Shown piece by piece: positions 55,231-64,000 of a stretch of 64,000 nucleotides of DNA. Positions within the stretch are counted from its first letter, which is position 1; every line of letters starts with the position of its first letter. The stretch lies in the NCBI RefSeq assembly GCF_009914755.1, contig NC_060926.1; one strand, given 5' to 3'. The notes under the pieces are model-generated. The model was not told the origin of the DNA, searched no databases, and saw only the letters and a list, made by a program, of their open reading frames with translations. A program made the translations under genes and the position numbers. Origin of the DNA: the human T2T-CHM13v2.0 reference genome, Homo sapiens.

Positions 55231-55568
55231 TGAAGCAGGATATTTCCCTGACTCTTTCATGGGTGGGAACTGGAGGTAACAGGTGCTGGAACTAGCTGGC
55301 TGCTTTGGTGCCAGCAGGAGCAAATTCTACTCAATCCGATCTGCTGCACTCCACCCCTCGCAGTATGGGGAGCATGCAGGTTGCAGAGCTGGGGAGAGTG
55401 CTTTTGGGCACTGGCAGGGGCAAACTCTGTACCAGCCCCGTGGCAGCATCTGAGGGGGAAACCCATGATCCCTGAAACCCCAGAAGAAGTGTTACAGTAC
55501 TCTTTTAGCTCTGCCATCTGCAGACAGCTTAAGTGTTAACAGCTCAGTGGAGGGTCAGTGTGACAGAC
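55231..55568 (-). mobile_element. ERV1 5' LTR, U5-side half
   Basis: Homologous to 47279-47625 (TGAAGCAGGATATTTCCCTGA...GCTTAAGTGTTAACAGCTCAGTGGAG..GTGTGACAG). Confidence 0.9.
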
Positions 55569-56028
55569 TGTATTAGTCAGGGTTCTCTAGAGGGACAGAA
55601 CTGATGGAATATATGTGAGATATATATATATATGTATATATGGGTGTTTATTAAGTCTTAACTCACGTGATCACAAAGTCCCACAATAGGCCGTCTGCAG
55701 GCTGAGGAGCAAGGAGAGCCAGTCTGACTTCCAAAACTGAAGACCTTGGAATCCAATGTTTGAGGGCTGGAAGCATCCAGCATAGGGGAGAGATGGAGGC
55801 TGGGGGCTAAGCCAGTCAAGGCTTTTTACGTTTTTCTGCCTCCTTTATATACTGATTGAACTGGCAGCTGATTAGATGGTACCCACCCAGATTAAGCATG
55901 GGTCTGTGTTTCCCAGTCTACTGACTCAAATGTTAATCTCTTTTGACAACACCCTCACAGACACACCCAGGATCAATACTTTGCATGCTTCAATCCAATC
56001 AAGTTGACACTCAGTATTAACCATCACA
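55569..56028 (-). mobile_element. MLT2A1 3' LTR
   Basis: Minus TGTGATGGTTAATACTGAGTGTCAACTTGATTGGATTGAAG...CTCTAGAGAACCCTGACTAATACA. The ~460 bp short form lacks the MLT2A2 middle block. Confidence 0.88.
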
Positions 56029-56340
56029 AGGTCACCCCTTGTCAACTTGAACCCATAGATATCTCCTGAGCTCACACATAATCTTCAAATAATGACAATA
56101 ATAAGGTCATAATTATGCCTAACATAATACAACTATCTTTCGTACAACTGGAAATGTACCAATTCCCAACCCAAATACTGTTACACAAATTTAACAATAC
56201 TTAAATGCTGATGTGAAGTCAATAAATCTTATGTCACACGATAAAAGAGAAAGGAAATAAAATGAAGATATTTTCTTCATATGAGTGTATACATGCACAA
56301 ACATGTTTTGAACAAAAGAATAAGGAAATACTCATGACAA

Positions 56341-56800
56341 TTACAGTCCTTGTTTCTGTAGCTGGTCACATGGTTGTAGCTGGTATTGATGACTACCTTC
56401 TTCTACTACCCTTTCTATATTCCCTTTGCCTTCAGCAAGCACCTCAGCAGGTCGTGGTTTTCTTCCTGGTGGTGTGACCCAAACCTTCGTTCCTGAAGTG
56501 TCTGTGTCATTTGTAGTCCTGCCTGGATTGGGCTGTTGTAGTTTCCCATTGACCCTAATCACAGGGCATGGTAATACTAAAAAATGCCCTAATGGATCTT
56601 CTCTATTCCATAAATACTCTTCCTTACTTCCCTTGTTGAGTAGCAGACTGATTTCATCTTGATAGTCTGGGTCAATCACCATAGCCAACTCTGTAACTCC
56701 TTTTTTAGCCTGTTGACTTAAAGGTAGGAGAAGCCCAAAGTGTCCAGGTGGCAATCTTAACTTCCAGTTCAGTGGTCCTTGTTATATCTCCTGGTGCAGG
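56341..56800 (-). pseudogene. HERV-L dUTPase domain and pol C-terminus
   Basis: PPGHFGLLLPLSQQAKKGVTELAMVIDPDYQDEISLLL (dUTPase motifs, including the G.ID.DY motif 3 variant), downstream of integrase as expected for ERV-L. Confidence 0.85.
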
Positions 56801-59599
<2,799 letters not shown>

Positions 59600-59600
<1 letters not shown>

Positions 59601-61345
59601 TGTAGTGGGGTCCTTCCTCAAGGGGACCTGGCCTTCCATTCATTCAAGGGGTTCTGGGTCTGTAAACTGGCTCAAGTCTGGAAATTGATTGAGGGGCTGT
59701 GATTCTTTTTTTTTTAATAATTCAAATTAATCTTCTGTGGTTTCAATCTAGAAGTTTTCTGCTTATATAAATTAAGCAGGAATGCAGTAGGCTTCCTATC
59801 AATTTCACTTATAGGATCACCATGATTAATTAGCCAATGCCAGAGCTCTACACAACTCAGACTATTCTGATTGTTGATTTCCCTCTGCTATCCATTACTG
59901 TAGCTACACCCACCTTGCATTTGATGGTTGAGTGCTGCCACTTGGCCCTTGCTACCTCACAATCTAATTATTCTCATTGTATTTGAATTTTTAGTTGAGT
60001 TACTGTGGTTCCCACTGTTAGATCTGACATACAGAGAAGAGCAATTACAGGGCTCTTCAAAGGTACAGGTGCTGCCCTAACAAATCTATTTCACATGGCA
60101 TTGGTCAAGGTTATAGCTTCTGGACCCTCTCAGCTGGGATGAGTAGGTCTAAAGTGACTAATCCACTCCACCACCTCAATCTCCCTAAGCCTTTGGATCA
60201 CTTCCTCAGGCATTTTCAGCTCATTCACAGTGGGCCATCTTTTAATCTATATTTCAGCTAACCAAGCTAATAAACTATTAGAACTTTTTTTAACTCCCCG
60301 AGGTGCAACATTAAATGCAGAGTCCCTACTTAGTGGGCCCAAATCAATAAATTCAGTGTCATTCAACTCTATGTTCCTTCCACCATTATCCAACACCCTT
60401 GATATCCATTCCCATGCTTGTTCTCCAGATTTCTGTTTATATAAATTTGAAAACTCAAGCAGTTCTTTTCGAGTGTAGCACACCTCCTCATAGGTCACAT
60501 TCTTAGCCTCACCTCTAGGGGCCCAACGGGACTTTAGTCTAGTTATAGGACTAGGAGCAAACGGGGATGTTGGGGGTGGCTTCTGAAGAGAATCAACATA
60601 ATCTTGCCGGCAACTGCCTCAGGAAAGGCCATCACTGTTGCCTCAGGCAGCACAGGGTTTATCTCCTCAGACAAAGGTGGAAAGGCTGATGGCAGCATGG
60701 GTTGGGGAGGGGATGTTGCCACTACTGGGGATGGGAAAGCTGTTTCTTCTGGCAAAAAATATTCATCAGAGTTTAAAAACTCAGTGTCCCTAGCTTTATC
60801 AGGGTCCTTTCACATGGCCCCATTCCAAGTTGCAGGGTCACATTCTTTTCCAATCAATGCCCTCACTTTAACAGTAGACACCTGGTGAGGCTGTGCATGC
60901 ACCTTTCATTGCAGGTCAGCCACTTGCATGATAAGAGATTGTGTCTGCCTTTCCACAATTTTGGCTCTTTCTTTACAGGAGATAAGGATCTCACTCAGGG
61001 TAATCTTAGCAGATTTAAGGCTCAGTATCTGCTTCGGAAGCCAGGAGATCGAATCCCTGAGTTCATTATTTTATTTTTTTTTCATTACTTGATCCACTGA
61101 ACTTAGGAGCGAACAACCAGATTCATTATGTTCCTTGGTTCTCCACTTATGGTCAAAGGTATTATGTATAGAGTCATTAAACTCTTTGCCTTTCATGCAG
61201 GATGAATCAGGAGTGACAGATGCATTTATTTTGCATAACTCTCTAAAGAGTTCATGCCAAGGACTATCCGTGTTCTCCATACTATTAGAAGTAAAGCCTT
61301 AGCATTTTGGGGTCTAATCATATTAATCGGACAACTCTAGAAACC
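59600..61345 (-). pseudogene. HERV-L gag, disrupted
   Basis: MENTDSPWHELFRELCKINA; YTRKELLEFSNLYKQKSGEQAWEWISRVLDNGGRNIEL..EFIDLGPLSRDSAFNV. Confidence 0.88.
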
Positions 61346-61413
61346 CCAAAACCAATGAAAGAACTCCATCCTTAATATTCTGTTCCTCTAGAACCACTCC
61401 TCGTACAAAAATC

Positions 61414-61871
61414 TGTATTAGGGTTCTCTAGTGGGACAGAACTGATGTTACATATATATATATATATACACACATATACATATAAAGGGGAATTTATTGT
61501 CTTAACTCACATGATCACAAGGTCCCACAATAGGCCATCTGCAGGCTGAGGAGCAAGGAGAGCCAGTCCGAGTTCCAAAACTGAAGAACTTGGAGTCAGG
61601 TATTCAAGGGCAGGAAGCATCCAGCACAGGAGAAAAATGTAGGCTGGGAGGCTAGGCCAGTCTCTCTTTTCACATTTCTCTGCCTGCTTATATTCTAGCC
61701 ATGTTGGCAGCTGATTAAATGGTGCCCACCCAGATTAAGGGTGGGTCTAAATTTCACAGCCCACTGACTCAAATGTTAATTTCCTTTGGCAACACACTCA
61801 CAGACACACCCAGGATTAATACTTTGTATCTTTCAATTCAATCAAGTTGCCACTCAGTATTAACCATCACA
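61414..61871 (-). mobile_element. MLT2A1 5' LTR
   Basis: Homologous to 55569-56028 along its length; TGTGATGGTTAATACTGAGTG...GAGAACCCTAATACA. Confidence 0.88.
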
Positions 61872-62360
61872 CAGCCTTTTGCACCCATACTTGTGGCACC
61901 CAAGTTCTTGTCCAGCATCCAGGAGAAATGAGGTCACACAAATTAATTTAATATGGTAAATACAGGAAATTTTATTGCTGATAAAAGTGGCTCTCAGTGG
62001 GAAGGGAAGCTGAAAAGGGGACAGAGAGGGAAAATAATCTTCCTGGCCAGACTCCTCTCTGAAGCTATGCTGTCAAGCTGTCCCTCTGAAGTCAAGCCAC
62101 TTCTCTCTGACACCCAACTGTAGTCTCCAGTGTCCAGCTGCTTCTCCTTTCTCTGCCAGCTGATCCTGGGTTTTTTGGGGGGACAGAATGGGAGAGGGTT
62201 GGGCCAGGATGGTTTTGAAAAATTCAACATTTGAGCAGAAAAACAGGGATGTAAGTTCTCATTTTGGGGTGTGATCTCAGGCTTTTCACCTTGAGGGTAG
62301 GGCCCTCACTAGGGAACTGCCCCTTTCTGCCCAGAATTTCCCTGCTTCCTGTGCCTATCA
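61872..62360 (-). mobile_element. ERV1 5' LTR, U3/R-side half
   Basis: Homologous to 47622-48136 (CAGCCTTTTGCACC..TCTTGTCCAGCATCCAGGA..CCCTGCTTCCTGTGCCTATCA). Confidence 0.9.
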
Positions 62361-63346
62361 AGGGCATCTGGAGTCATCAGAAAAGGCTTCTGCAACCTGC
62401 GTACAACATACAGCAATATTTCTTAATTTCTTTGACTCCTGTATACTGTTAGAACCTTTTAGCTATTTCAAGCCAAACTTGGCAAAAATAAATCAAGAAA
62501 ACAGCAAGACAATGGTTGCTGCCCTTTTATAACAGAGTATTGGCCCACATATTTTAGGATTGTACAATTTGTTTTTCAATATTACAATGAGAAAATAAAC
62601 TACAGTATCAGTTAAAGATTTCACCTCAGGAAATTAAAATATCAGCTGTCATAAATACATAATGTCATCACAAAACAAATACTCCATTCCAAACAACATT
62701 TCCATGTCAAGTTCAATTTGTACCTTCCACTTACCTTAGGCTAATAAAGAAGGACTTTCTCTGGGAACCGCTATGTACTATGCAATTATGTCATAAAATG
62801 AGTACCCTGTCTGTAATCAAATCACATTTTCCTCACATCTGAAGTTGACAGGTAACCCATTGATTATACCTATGTACTCTTATTGCAACGCAAACTTCTG
62901 TCACCATGGCTACCACAGGTCAGGCTAGAATGCCTAGGTGGTACTAATACTAGAAATGGCTGGCGTTTCGTGAGCACCTGCAAGGTATTAGACTCTGCAG
63001 TAGGCGGCTTTTCAACATTTGTAATTAACCTTACAAATTTAGAATTGTTTTTGCAGTACGTACATAAGAAAATTAAAACTTGGGAAGGTAAAATAATTGG
63101 CCAAGAATAGACAGCTATTAGATGGCAACATTGGAATTGAAATGCAAATCTTATTTCCAAATCTAGGGAATTTCTGCCATAACTATTGCATATAAAGGCA
63201 GGTAACAGAATCATTGGAAGTAGAATAGGTGGAAATGGCCTTATTTTATGCTCCAAATATTATGGCATTCCTTTTTGGTAAGTCATTTCAAGGCTGACAC
63301 TTCTATTATTATTATTTTATTGTTAACAAGTCTTATAATATTGCTA

Positions 63347-64000
<654 letters not shown>

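Noticed and set aside
56341-56754. HERV-L dUTPase as a functional domesticated gene
   Set aside because: The listed start is a TTG inside the domain, the upstream pol is frameshifted, and the motif-3 Gly is replaced (AMVIDPDY).

Overview
AT-rich, repeat-dense catarrhine primate DNA (human-like: AluJ/S/Y, L1PA, MLT2A1/HERV-L), most likely intronic or intergenic. I cannot identify any host protein-coding exon; the supplied ORFs are retroelement remnants or chance frames. The window opens inside a minus-strand 7SK snRNA retropseudogene. The first 47 kb is a patchwork of L2, MIR, MaLR/ERVL solo LTRs, hAT MERs, Alus, an old ~4.5 kb L1M and younger L1PA pieces. The main structure is a 15 kb nested provirus at 47279-62360. 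An env-less gammaretrovirus-like ERV1 (HUERS-P / LTR1-LTR27-LTR28-like, degenerate tRNA-Pro PBS, 4-bp TSD AGGG) has its 5' LTR split by a two-LTR HERV-L/MLT2A1 provirus in the same orientation (5-bp TSD CAGAC/CAGCC). Each provirus also carries an Alu. Other notable signals: two inverted L1PA copies about 3 kb apart that share non-consensus mutations (possible ectopic gene conversion), a hairpin-plus-duplication scar at 19.55-19.85 kb, a probable ancient CR1/L3 RT remnant, and one clear and one predicted twin-primed L1. The sequence does not support a new biological system. Repeat subfamily names come from recalled consensus sequences, and boundaries of old repeats are approximate; both need RepeatMasker/Dfam confirmation.
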